A stretch of 64,000 nucleotides of DNA, taken from Octopus sinensis. Its lineage: Eukaryota. The DNA lies in contig NC_043007.1 in the NCBI RefSeq assembly GCF_006345805.1, forward strand, positions 67,704,001 to 67,768,000. Reading direction: 5' to 3'. Positions within the stretch are counted from its first letter, which is position 1. Every line of letters begins with the position of its first letter. Made by a program: the position numbers and the translations under genes. Under the pieces are notes generated by a model that saw only the letters and a list, made by a program, of their open reading frames with translations, did not search any database and was not told the DNA's origin. Positions 38,251 through 51,462 of this stretch are shown in pieces.

Positions 38251-38945
38251 CATATGTACACACACACAAACACAGACACACACACATACATACATACAAA
38301 CTGATAGAGTGGAACAGGTAACTATCAGCTTATTGAATTTCCTTGCAACTTCGATATAGAAAAAAATTTGTAACCTTCAATGCCAATAAATTGTTATTGT
38401 TCTTTATTGTACACTGTCCACTTTTTGTTCTCAATACCTGCCACTCACTGCTTCAAGGTTACTAACTTCCAACACAGAGATCATTGGATTGTATGCACAC
38501 ACACACAATGGATTTTTGTCTACCAAATCCACTCATAAAATTTTAGTCAGACTGAGACTGTAGTAGAAGACATGAGCACAAAGTATCATGCAGTGGAATT
38601 GAAACTAAAACCATGTGGCTGGGAAAAGCTTTTTAGCAACACAGCCACACACACATGCAGTTTATATGTTGTACTTAAAAGTAACAGAACAGAATAAAAG
38701 GACTGTGTGAGGACGCATAGCCTAGTGATTAGGGTGTTCAACTTACAGTCACAAGATAATCTTATGTTGCTCTGCAGTCACTTTGACACCTGTCACATGG
38801 TAGACCATTCAGGCAATGTTGCTTTGATAGGCAGAGTGAGCTAATGTACAACAAATACATTTGAACATTATAAACAAATCATTTGTTTGGCAAAACTGAA
38901 CACTCATCTGTTGTCTTTGAGAGTCCATCATATGCATATATATAC

Positions 38946-39350
38946 GCAGGAGTGGCTGTGTGGTAAGTAGCTTGCTTACCAACCACATGGTTCCGGGTTC
39001 AGTCCCACTGCGTGGCACCTTCGGCAAGTGTCTTCTACTAGAGCCTCGGGCCGACAAAAGACTTGTGAGTGGATTTGGTAGATGGAAACTGAAAGAAGCC
39101 TGTCATATATATGTATATATATATGTGCGTGTGTATGTGTCTGTGTTTGTCCCCCCAACATCGCTTGACAACCGATGCTGGTGTGTTTATGTCCTCGTTA
39201 CTTAGCGGTTTGGCAAAAGAGACCGATAGAATAAGTACTAGGCTTATAAAGAATAAGTCCTGGGGTCGATTTGCTCAACTAAAAAAGGCGGTGCTCCAGC
39301 ATGGCCGCAGTCAAATGACTGAAACAAGTAAAAGAATAAAGAGTAAAAGA
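38946..39350 (+). mobile_element. Full-length, young SINE family A
   Basis: CpGs retained; near-identical to 8010-8403. Confidence 0.9.
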
Positions 39351-39359
39351 GAGAGTATG

Positions 39360-39399
<40 letters not shown>

Positions 39400-40199
39400 T
39401 ATACATCTATATATCTATATATACATCTATGTATATGAACAGGAGCATGAAACTCTGAGAAACAATTTTTGTGACGTCTTTGCAGCTCTATTAATAAAGT
39501 ATATATATATATACACACATACCTATATATAAATATATATATATACATGTGCGAACGCATGACACAAATATATACTGCGTGAATTTAATCAATTGCACCA
39601 AACACCCTAACTTGTTTTTGGTCTTTGTACCCATGTTAACATTTATTACTAAACTGCACTTCACCACTAAATTGTTAAAACTTTATCACTCTTCACTTCC
39701 TATAGTCATCTATTTTTTGTTGTTATTGTTATTATTATTATTATTATTTCAATCATGAATTGACTGGCTGGCTGTTTAGTTGTATATATTTGTTTCTTTT
39801 TGATGAACCAAAAATCTATAATCAATACACTTTGCATATTCCACTTAGACTTCTTGCCATTTCTTGTGCAAACATAAACTTCTCTTAAGATAGGCAGACA
39901 CAGACACACACACACACATTGAAAGTATGAAATAAATGAGCAATTCTTCTACCAGTTCCAGAGACGACCATTCCAGTTGTTCAATCAACAGGTCTCCTAT
40001 TTTGTTCTTATTAAATATCAATGTGTTTTCAATAAAATGGAATATTAAACAAATAATATATTGAATTACAATAGATTATCTACTCTTGTAGAAGTTGTAC
40101 AACTTTGCATGTTATTAAAAAAATGGCACAATAGTTTCTATTTTTTTTTTTTTTTTGAGAAAATTTCATCCAAAAATCAACATATCATAAAGTTTTACA

Positions 40200-40247
<48 letters not shown>

Positions 40248-40255
<8 letters not shown>

Positions 40256-40438
40256 ATTGGTGAATTGAAGAAATGGAGCTGAACGCAGATTGAACAATTA
40301 TCCGCACCAACGCACGGTTGCAACGCCAGATGGTTGTACCTCCAACCGTGCTGTTTACTGCTGTGATTTTTGCTACTAAGGTATCGGTTAAACTTTTGTT
40401 TAATCTACTACAAGATTATTCATCTTTCTATTTCACAT
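40248..40438. mobile_element. (TA)n-flanked unclassified insert with an internal hairpin
   Basis: GCACGGTTG...CAACCGTGC stem; flanked by (TA)n on both sides. Confidence 0.4.
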
Positions 40439-40457
40439 TATATATATATATATAATA

Positions 40458-40800
40458 TATGGTGAAGGAGCATGGCTCAGTGGTTAGAGCGTCGAGCTTA
40501 CGATCGTGAGGTTGTGAGTTCAAATCCCGAAATGAGCTACATGTTGTGTTCTTGAGCAAGACACTTTAGTTCACGTTGCTCCAGTTCACTCGGCTGTAGA
40601 AATGAGTTGCGACGTCACAAGTGCCAAGCTGTATCAGCCTTTGCCTTTCCCTTGGATAACACTGGTGACATGGAGAGGGGAGGCCGGTATGCATGGGTGA
40701 CTGCTGGTCTTCCATAAAACAACCTTGCCCAGACTTGTGCCTAGTAGGGTAACTTTCTAGGTGCAATCCCATGGTCAGTCATGGCTGAAGGGGGTCTGAG
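40458..40800 (+). mobile_element. Full-length family-M tRNA SINE
   Basis: Co-linear with 20328-20665. Confidence 0.85.
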
Positions 40801-41712
40801 CATATATATATATGCATTCAGTACCCACTGTGCAAGTGTCTTCTACTATAATACTATAAGCCTTGGGCTGACAAAAGTCTTGTGAGTGAAAAAGCTTATG
40901 CCTTCTTTGTTTTATATATATAGACACACACACATGGAGGGAGGGAGAGAGAAGCACAGGCATGGCTATGAGGTTAAACCTGCTTCCTCAACCATATGTT
41001 CTTTGGTTAAGTAGCATCTTGAGCAAGTATCTTCTACAATAGTCCCAGGTTCAAAGCATTGTGAATGGATTTCATAGATGGAAACTGATAGAAGCCTGTC
41101 ATATGTGTATGAGTACATGTGTGTGTACCATTGTCTTCACATTACATGATGGTTGTCTATTAGCATCACTATCATATAGGCATAATAATAATAATAATAG
41201 TTTCACATTCTGGTACAAGGCCAGCAAGTTCAGTGGGGTGGGTAAGTCGATTACATCAACCTCAGTCATCAACTGGTGCTTATTTTATTGACCCTGAAAG
41301 GATGAAAGGCAAAGTCAAACCTGGCAGTATTTGAACTCGGAATGTATAGACAGACAAAATGCTGCTAAACATTTTGCCTGCCATGCTAAAAATTCTGCCA
41401 GCTCGCCACCTTAATAATAATAATAATAAAAATTATAATAATAATATAAATATATAAATAAGGTGGAGAGTAACAAAGTTTTAGCAGACAGAATGCAACT
41501 ATGATAACACAGGTGCAAAAACCAAAAGAGTTAGAGGGTAGGGTAAATGCAATTGATTAAATCAGAGCTGTATTTGACGATACTTATTTTATCAATGACT
41601 GCAGGTGGATAAAAAGCAAAGTTGACCTCATTGAGAAGGGAAAATGACAAAGGCAAGAAATGAGGTTACATTAGCTTGTTAGCCAGACAACTTATATATA
41701 TGTGTATATATA

Positions 41713-41755
<43 letters not shown>

Positions 41756-44096
41756 TATTCATTTCAAGGACATATAAACAGCAGTAACAGGGAAGAAAAG
41801 TATGTGAATTGAGCTAATGAGGATGTCACTATGTGGTTGATAAATCTGTTGCAAATATCAGCCAAATCTCCCTTAAATCACAGTAATGTTGTAAAAAAAA
41901 ATGGATAGTTTAAGGTACATTAGAAGTATAACGTCTGAAAAAAGAAGAGATGTTCACAGTTGGAAAGTCTTTGAGTAGAGAATAACAATGGTTATTTAGT
42001 TAAATATCCTTTAAATTACAAACCATACTGTCTTAAGAATACAAAAATATTGGATAATATATCTCCAATAGAAAGGTACGAACAGGATGGTCACAGCTGG
42101 TATTTATTTATGTATTACTAAATTACATTTTACTAGGCCAAAGCCAACAGAACTTGAAGCTAAATAATTTGTCTATAGTAGAGGTTCACTTTTTTTTAGT
42201 ATTGTTGATGTTAGTTTTAAAATCATGAAAAATTTAAGTTGGAAAAGTAATCCCAAAACTTTAGTGAAGTTAAATAGTTTTAGTGATAAAAAAAAAAGCT
42301 GTGTGGTAAGAAGCTTGCTTCTCAACCCCATGATTCCAGGTTCAGTCCCACTATATGCCACCTTGGGCAAGTGTCTTCTACATAGCCTCGGACCAACCAA
42401 AACCTTGTAAGTGGATTTGGTAAATGGAAACTGAAAGAAGCCAGTTGTATATGCATATGTATATATATTTATAAAAAACACCAAAAACACCATTTGAGCG
42501 TGAGCGTTACCTGCGTCGCCTTTCGGAGTCGTTTAAATAAGTACCAGATACGCACTGGGGTCGATATAATCGACTTAATCCATTTGTCTGTCCTCGTTTG
42601 TCCCCTCTATGTTTAGCCCCTTGTGGGCAATAAAGAAATTAGATGAAAATGACATGCTCACTGTAACAATGTTCGTTGTTATGTTATGTTGATATTGTGT
42701 CATTTTAGGTCGTTTTATTATTTTATATACTAACACATATGCCTATAAATACTTATACACAGACACACACAAACAAGCCTTGTTTTATACTTTACTGCTG
42801 TTTACATTATTTTTATTGCAGTTGCTATTTGCTCTGTCTTTATTGTTACATATAATAATAACAATGAGGATGATGATGATGTATTCCAGTGTTGCTACGA
42901 GAGCTAATATGTATAGGTTTCATGTCTTCCCATTGGTCAAACATCTAGCTTTGATCAAGTGATTTATCATACTTGTATACAATGTATGTGCTCATTTTTG
43001 TATTATGTACAAATCATATTTGCACTTATCTACTACAAACTACTTTATATGATGACATGATGGTGTTCTTCTCTTAGATGTTATCTTTGCAGGAGTGTTC
43101 GTGTGTATTTGCGCTTCTTTCTCTTCTGGAGTTGCTGAAATCATTCTAGGTTTAAGAGTGTGCTATAACTGGTAACACTTGAATACACTTCTTTCCTAGA
43201 CAGATAAACAGGTGTATGGAAATTGTATAATACAAATACATACATGCTCACACAAAAACAATCTTTCCTTGATGTTTAAAGCTTGCATTAACAATTGTAG
43301 CTGACATATTCTACCGGTTGAACAATAATAATTTATGATGATTATGGAGATAGCTGAATAATGATATTCTTGCCTTAACCCTATAACTGCAATGTTAAAT
43401 TTCATGATTATTCCAGTCATGATGTTAGCTATTTACCAAAAGACAGAAAAGTGGAATTTTCTTCAAGTCACATTACTCTTAATAAACTTGACATGTCTCA
43501 ACAAAAAAGGTTTCGAACATGACATTCCTTAACAAAAAATACATTGGGATATAAAATAGCTTTTTGCAGTTAAGGGAACTGAAATTTTGAGTATATATCT
43601 GATTTTTTTAGATATATATATCTGGCATTTTGAGGTATATCTGATTTCTGCAATAAATGGGTTAATACAAGGTTACAAATTTGCAAGGGGAGAGGGGTAT
43701 TGTTGATGGAATCAGTACCAGTACATTAGTGTAAGAACTATTATGCCACTCAATTTAATATCACAACTTGGTTTTCTGGTGTCTCTAGTGGATTTCACAC
43801 TATTGGAAGAATTCAGACCAGACATCTTCCTCTCCTCTTAGTTACCTCCCAACTATTTCCCTTTTTTTTTTATCCTGCAGGTGTGTAAATTGAGTATCTG
43901 CTGTTACGTTCAGAGTTCAACTTCCACTGAGGTCGACTTTGCCTTTCATCCTTTCGGGGTCGATTAAATAAGTACCAGTTACGCATTGGGTCGATGTAAT
44001 CGACTTAGTCCCTTTGGCTGTCCTTGTTTGTCCCCTCTATGTTTAGCCTCCTGTGGGCAATAAAGATATATATATATATCTTTATTGCCCACAGTC

Positions 44097-44145
<49 letters not shown>

Positions 44146-45904
44146 CGATGTGCTTCTTTCAGTTTCCATCTGCCAAATCCACTCACCTCTGCACTTGTAC
44201 ATTTGACATATTTTCAGGCACAATCACTGTGACACAATGTGTATTAAGGTTGTGCCTTTTGAATTAGAGGTAGAATCCTCTCAATGGGCTTCTATACAGT
44301 TTCTGTCTACTCAATTTCACTCACTATGTATGGCCAACTTCAGACTATACAAAATAACATTTACCCAAGATGCTATGCTGTGGATTTGAGCCTGGGAACT
44401 TGTGGTGATGAAGCAAACTTCTTTACCATTCAACCACACTGCACTTACGATATAAATTAATACTCATATAAATAGAACAAGGGTAGAATTTATTAAACTT
44501 GGGAAAGTGCAGACAGTATAATTATAATATCATAATTATAGAGTATATTATAATACAACATATATTAAAAGACGTCACAGGAGGGTAACACCCATTGGAA
44601 AGTGTTATAGAACTAACATACACCTAGATTAACTTAGTAAAACATCAATCATGCACTGCACAGTTGTTGAAAAGCCACTATCAACACCATTCTAATATTT
44701 TGGGATGTGTTGAATGAGAAAATTATATATCAATATATCAACAATGAAATTTAACCAAATTAAATAAATGTATATGGTGCAGAAGAGAGTAATACTGTGG
44801 AATCTTTTGTTGAAATGTTAGAAAAACTTTTCTCATGGTACAAAAACATGTTCTAGTTTAAGAACTATATTAATCTAATTTTTGATGTTTCTTCTTGTAT
44901 TTTAACTACAGTGAATTATACCTGATGTTGTTGGTACAAAAAAAAAATGATGTTTAGTCCAATCTAGCTTTTGATAGGTAAATAATTTATTTACAGTTCC
45001 AGAAAATATATCCAAAGAAGAGTACAATTCAATGGAAGTACTCAATATATGATTACGTAGAGAGTAGGCTTTTGTTTTCTTTTCTTTCATGTTTTTTAAC
45101 TGGTTTCAATTATTGTACTGTGGCCATGCTGGGGTACCAACTTGAAGGGTTTAGTCAAACAAATCAACACCAGTACTTAATTTTTTTTAGTTTATCCCTT
45201 TAAGTCTCTTTTACTATACTACTAAGTTATGGAGACATAAACAAACCAACAGTAGTTGTCAAGTGGTGTGGAATAAACACAAAGACACACACATATATTT
45301 TTATATATACAACAGTCTTTTTATAGTTTCTGTCTATCAAATTCACTTGCAAAGCATTAATGGTTGGCCCAGAATTATGAAAGAAGACTTGTCCAAGGTG
45401 CGATGCAAGCAGTGGCAGTGAACTTGAAACCACATGGATGTAAAGCGAGCTTCTTAATCATGCTTGCGATATTTATCTCTATATAATAATAGCAGATATA
45501 AATGTTGGTTTGTTCATCTCCCCAGTCATGCTTTACATCATATATAGAGAGAAGAGGAGAGAGAGAGTAAAAGAGAATACAGAGTGAATTAACATAAGTG
45601 TATATACCAGGCTTTGTGGCAGGCAATGAGTAAAGGAACGCTACCCTTTGAGAGAAAGAATTACGGAGGTGGAAGAAGAGGGAGCAAATTATAGATTAGT
45701 TGGTTGCAGCCGAAAAAGGATTTGCAATAGTTAATATTCATTATAATGAATATTTTCTTTAGATGCTTGTTACGTAAGCTGTTTTGTTAGTAGAGCAGGT
45801 TTTTCGTTTTCTTTTTCCTTCTCTTAAACCACTAGGGTATTCAGTGGCTTAGGAACTTTTAGCAAACTGTTCCAAATGTATATATCACTTTAATTACTAC
45901 AATA

Positions 45905-46505
45905 ATATTGGTTTCAAGTTTTGGCACAGGACCAGCAATTTCGATGAAGGGATTGAGTCGATTACATCGACTGCAAGGACTTAACTGGTACTTATTTTAT
46001 AGACCTCGAAAAGATGAAAGGCCAAGTCGACCATGACGGAATTTGAACTCAGAACACAAAGACGGATGAACTGCTGCTAAACATTTTGTCTGCCTGCTAA
46101 CGATTCTGCCGGATCGCCGCCTTAATTGCTACAATAATATTAACACACTCTTTAAGGCGTCGATCTGGCAGAAACGTTAGCATGTTCTGAGTTCAAATTC
46201 CGCCGAAGTCGACTTTGCTTTTCATCCTTTCAGGGTCGATTAAATAAGTACAAGTTACACACTGGGGTCGATATAATCGACTTAATCCGTTTGTTTGTCC
46301 CGTGTGTAGCCCCTTGTGAACAGTAAAGAAATAAGAAACGTTAGCACGTCAGGCGAAATGTTTAGCGGTATTTCGTCTGTCTTTACGTTCTGAGTTCAAA
46401 TTCCGCCAAGGTCGATAAAAAAACGTATCAGTTGCGTACGGGGGGCCGATCTAATCGACTGGCCCCTCCCCCAAAATTTTGGGCCTTGTGCCTAGAGTAG
46501 AAAAG
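45905..46505. mobile_element. Head-to-head family-B SINEs: minus copy 45905-46130 and a plus-strand dimer 46150-46505
   Basis: The second unit restarts after AGTAAAGAAATAAG; the two units end in different tails. Confidence 0.8.
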
Positions 46506-49500
46506 AATATTAATACACTTGCCACCATGGGTAATATCAGGAAATATGGCAGCCATACCATGATTATAATTTCTTTTTTATCAAACTACCATAGGTAATT
46601 TTATCAAATTACCCATGGTAGCAAAAGCATACTCTCAAAGTTACATGTGATATGACAGGTATCACTTTATGTACAATACCTTGCAATTGTACAACTGTTT
46701 CAATACATCAATACTTTTAAAAAAAAGTACGTTTGTAAAAATACATGCGCTGCACAACTGTGATGTGTGTGTGTGTGTGTAATTCACGAGACACAAACAT
46801 TTATTGATATAAATAGTAGTGTGCCTCAACCTCAGCTCAACTGACCGGCACATCAAAGACAATTAGCTGTTATGGAGCTTTCAGTACAGCACCTAATACC
46901 TGAACTTCGTAGAAACACTGACCAAGAAATCTTTCCTTTTGAGCTGTGTGCTTGTGCGCGCGCACATTTTACAAGTGTTCAAAGGATAAGAAACTGCGTA
47001 CAAAGTTTTCAAGATGAAATCGAATTTTTTTAATTATTTTTTTTTATTGAAGACGATATACTGTGCGAAAAAAGACGAAATTTGCACACAGGAAAACTTC
47101 GGCGAACACCCATAAAGAAAATTTAAGAGCGAACATGGCTATAATTGATACTTTCACTATATCTGTATTTTGTAGAAACATTAACAGGTTGTTTTATTAG
47201 CCAACTAACGAGTAAAAATGTTTGTAAGTTTAACTGTCTGCACATGAAATTGAACATCAATCTTCTCAGGTTTGTTTTCATGTATAACAACATATGCACA
47301 ATTTTCTTTTTATCATTCATGAGATGATAAAACGGACCGAGTATTTTATTCAATTAAAATCACTTTCATTAGAGTTTGCTGCATTTAATTAGCTATAAAC
47401 GGAATATTAACTATCTGTGGATTTTCTATGGTTTTAGGGTAGGTAGTGTGTGTGTGTGTGTGAGAGAGAAATTAAGTGAATGAGAGAGAGAATCAAAACA
47501 CCCGAATAATAAACTAAATAAACATTCTAAATAGTAACCATCTTTGACGATATGAAGAGACGGTACTGAGTGGATATATGACGATTCGCGTTATTTTGGA
47601 AACGGAATTTCTTTATATTTGAGTTGCTGGTGCCAAACCAATAACATGCATCCATCCGATCTCGAAGCAGATGCAAAATGGTCAAGCAGTCCTAAATGAG
47701 TTAGTGTTAACATATTTAATAAGGGAGCATTAGACGTGTTAACAAGGAGGGTGGAAAATTCAGTCATTTTTTAAGAAAAAGTTTTAACTGCGGAAGATAA
47801 CTCCAGACATATTTCCATATGATTAGACCTTCTCAGCGAAGAAGAGACTTCATAGTACATGCCAAAAGAATGATAAGAACATCATTAAGTACATACATAA
47901 TTACTTGCTAATGATCATTTACTAATTGGCTAAAGGCTGAAAATGTGTACTGCCGATATTCCTTTGTATCTCTGGGTAGAACATCTTATTCTACGATGCC
48001 TCAGTTTACCTGGCTAACATCTAACACAAGACCAGCATCTGATTGAAAGCGGAAGATTATCACTCATCTCCTTAACACTATTAGTTAAGAGCGACGTAGT
48101 CCTAGCGGTTTAGGAAAGGCAATTAACATAACATATCCACTCTAGAGAGATGGTCACGGCAAGAATAAACAATAAGACAGACGGCACTCAACGAATGCTT
48201 GAAATTTTGCTGCGGCTTCATCGATAGTTCGTTAGTAATTTAATTGAAGTTTTTCATCAGCTGTGATTAGACAAATTAAGTAAACAAGGGTTCGAAACCT
48301 TGCCATCGATCATGTCGTTCAGTGTCAAATAGATACAAACATTGGAATATAAATAAATATAGGAGAAATATCAAATAAACATGACAAGCTTACTAGTATC
48401 TTCTCTCACTACGTCGTATTACAAAGTAAGATGATATTGATTGAGAAGAAAATCGATAGGAGGAGGAATTTTACAGGTACCAGTCGGAAGTACCGCAATC
48501 AAATTAGGTTTTAATATCGATCACCAATGTAACGCTTTTATTATTTTCTTTTTTCTCGGAGAATTGGTGAGACGAAATATAGAAACGCACTTCGTAAACG
48601 GCAGGTTTTTAAAGAGTTTAAGTATATTTTACAGCTGAGGTGTTCCTACAGGTGTGCGTTATATAGCTAATTGCCTATGTGCACACGTTCGGGTATACAC
48701 ATGTATTATATGTGATTGTATACCACATATATATGTGATTATATATCAACATCTCTATCATACACCCGCACACGGAGTTACATAGATAGGCGTGTGTACT
48801 GAGTTTATATGCATATGTATGTGTGTATACAGATGAATAGATACGTGTGTATGTGTGTGTGTGTGTGTAGAAGGTTAGTTTTACTGCTCTAACGTTTTAG
48901 AGTGTGCTTCTTTTTCGGATATATAAACTACTGACGATATATATACACATACAAATAAAGAGACAGATGTGAGTGGGTGTGCTTACGTTCGGGTATACAC
49001 ATTTAATATATATATGTCTTCTGTACACACACACATTCACACTATTGTTGTGTTTTCAACACACGGTTTCATGACATTCACAATTTTCAAATGAAGATTA
49101 GTTTACAATCAGATTGTTATATTATCAGAAAAATAAGGATTAACTAAATATATAAATAATGATTGATTGCTGATTAAAAGAAAAGAATGAAAGAGATTAA
49201 AATAATTAACAGTTTGGTTTACCTACGTCGTAAACAAACTACAATACTAATATCGATCTATTTCTAATCATGTTATTGTTTAGCCCTAGGTCAAACCTGA
49301 TCGAGCCGACCTATGATGCAGCTATGACCATCCCGACTATAGATTACCTATATATTTTTAACACGGCAGAGTGCGCTTTGAGGGAGATTTGGTTGCTATT
49401 TCTACTAGATTGAGTGATCTTGAAGAGGCAACTTTCTTGACGCATTGTTGCTTTATAGAAGGATTTCGTTGATTTATTTTTTTTTTTTGTCATTCGATAG

Positions 49501-51165
49501 GCTTAAAACTATATGTTACTGATGGTAATATTTTGATGGGTAATATTTTATGGAACCCATGAAGGATAAAATCGAAGTCGATATCGTTGATATTTGAACT
49601 CTGAACTTATAGGGCTAATATATATAAATTTTTTTTTTTTCATTGGGGAGGGTCTGTATAAAAACTGTTTTGCGGGAAAGAATTGGAAGTGTGACGTTCA
49701 TGGCTTTCTAAAGAGATTTACTATTATTTTATTAAGGGTATTAATTGTATGAATTTCCAGAGAAAAAAATAATAAAAAGAAAGGTCACAACCGTTAGTGA
49801 TATTTGATCTCGGGAATGTGAAGGACGGAACGAGTCGACCTTTTGGCACCTTGACCCAACGAGGAAACCCTAACGTAGGGAAGAAGTCCAATCTCTCTTC
49901 AAATCACAGTCTACCGTCTTAAAATAAAACGACACATTGGATAATAATAAAAAGACAGAACTGTCACGTCTGATCATAGTATACTTGGGGTTAAACAGCA
50001 ACAATATATGCGGTTTCTTTAATTAGTTTCTTTAATTAGTCGCGAAAATATAAGCAAGAGTTATTTATACAGTAAAACCGTAGAATCCGAGGGAAGTAGT
50101 GATGTTTATCTGTGTCATGGAAAGAAAATAAATATCTGTACATTTAAGGTGATCTCAGTTTAGTGTCGGAGAAGATAGAGTGAGAGAGCTGCAGCAAAAG
50201 AGAATTAGAAATGCAAGCGGCTTTTATTTTATGCAATTGTTGTAAACATAAACATTGACAAACAGGTGTTGGAAGTTGTAAGGTCAGTGAAGAAGAAGAG
50301 GGGAAAGAATGAAGAAGAAAGAGAAGAGAGAGCAGAGCAAAAAGGAAAAGAAAAAAAGAAGGAAAGGGAGAAGAAGAACTACAAAAATAGTGGCAAACAA
50401 TAAAAAGAAAGACGAAAAAAGTGAAAGAAAAGAAAAAGTAATAAATGTGAAAGGCTATAACGTAATTGCTGCAAGTGGGTGGTCGGAATGTCGAGTGGTT
50501 TGTTTGGTCGGAAGCAGTCAGGTTGCTGATATCTACCTTAGCAATAATCAGTTGGAGAGGATTGTATGAACAGGTTCTGACTGACATAACAATAATAATA
50601 AGCTGAGACAAATACCGATAGAGAAAAAGTATAAGTAGACAGGAAATACAATAATAATAAATTAAAATAATAACAGCAGTGTTATCATAGACAATGGTGA
50701 AAAGTTACGTGAGATAAAGTCGGTGAATGAGGCAAGGAGGTGGAAAATGGAAAACTTCGGTGGCTAAAAAAGTTTTCTTTTTCCTTCTAATTCTCTCGAA
50801 AGCATTTTTTAATTTAGTTAAAAGTAATAGTACAGTAAAGCAGCCTTTCCTTTTATCCTGCTTTAATTTATATTTCGTTCTTACCGCAATAATTAGATAA
50901 GATATATATATCTATATATATATATATATATAGATATATATATGAGAAAAAATAAGACTAATACAAACGAGAGAGAGAGAAGGGCCCCTTTATAGAAGTC
51001 TAATTATAACGGACGTGGTGGTGGTAGTAGAGGCAAGTCTATATTTTTTGACAAGGCAGAAAAGAAAAGAAGCCACTTTAAAAAAGTGGCGACATGACCG
51101 AGTATGAAAAGAACTAGAACAAAATAAAAAGAACACGACAATATAACGTAATTAAACAACCTTAC

Positions 51166-51353
51166 CTTTTCGACCACTTGGTCGACTGGTGCCCTACGGG
51201 CCTTTTGTAAAGGCATCCAAAGTGTTGGACATAATTTTTCCAGTCTGGTGGCTTAAAAGTAAGTGGATCGGCTTCAGGCATGCCGTTCATAGCGCTGTTC
51301 ACATGTTCTCTGTAAACATAACGCCCGCAACAGCAAGGGAAAACACAGGCCAT
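51166..51353 (-). CDS. PLEKHD1: First coding exon of a PLEKHD1-like PH-domain/coiled-coil protein (62 codons + 2 nt, phase-2 intron); downstream exons not found in window
   Basis: Translation MACVFPCCCGRYVYREHVNSAMNGMPEADPLTFKPPDWKNYVQHFGCLYKRPVGHQSTKWSK(R) ends at TCGAAAAG|GTAAG donor. VQHFGCLYKRPVGHQSTKWSKR matches the PH beta1-beta2 segment I recall for human PLEKHD1 ([22 protein letters not shown]); the comparison is from memory and needs BLASTP. Confidence 0.85.
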
Positions 51354-51462
51354 TCGAGCGATACTTTACAGACCATAGCGGCTGACGTCACACGCAACCA
51401 CACAGTTGCTCCCCTTGTTCTCTTATCTTCTAATTTCTCTTCTATTTCCCCGTTATAGCATT
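51354..51462 (-). other. 5'UTR part of the same exon (exon probably 51462-51166), implying an upstream non-coding exon or an alternative local promoter
   Basis: Minus strand reads TCTGTTTTTTCTCTCTCTGCAG|AATGC, a strong 3' splice site. The main frame is closed upstream of ATG 51353 (A ATG CTA TAA). Confidence 0.6.
51383..51390. promoter_or_regulatory. Palindromic CRE/ATF site TGACGTCA about 30 nt upstream of the start codon
   Basis: Exact TGACGTCA in a CpG-retaining stretch; function not shown. Confidence 0.4.

Noticed and set aside
47490-47580. Minus-strand IVKDGYY resembling the expected PH exon 2 (IKxxFLLYY)
   Set aside because: Wrong phase relative to the nearest AG, a stop after 6 more codons and no HPK segment.
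50144-50611. 155-aa minus ORF and 86-aa Lys-rich plus ORF near the gene
   Set aside because: They come from a purine/pyrimidine low-complexity tract, with no splice or homology support.
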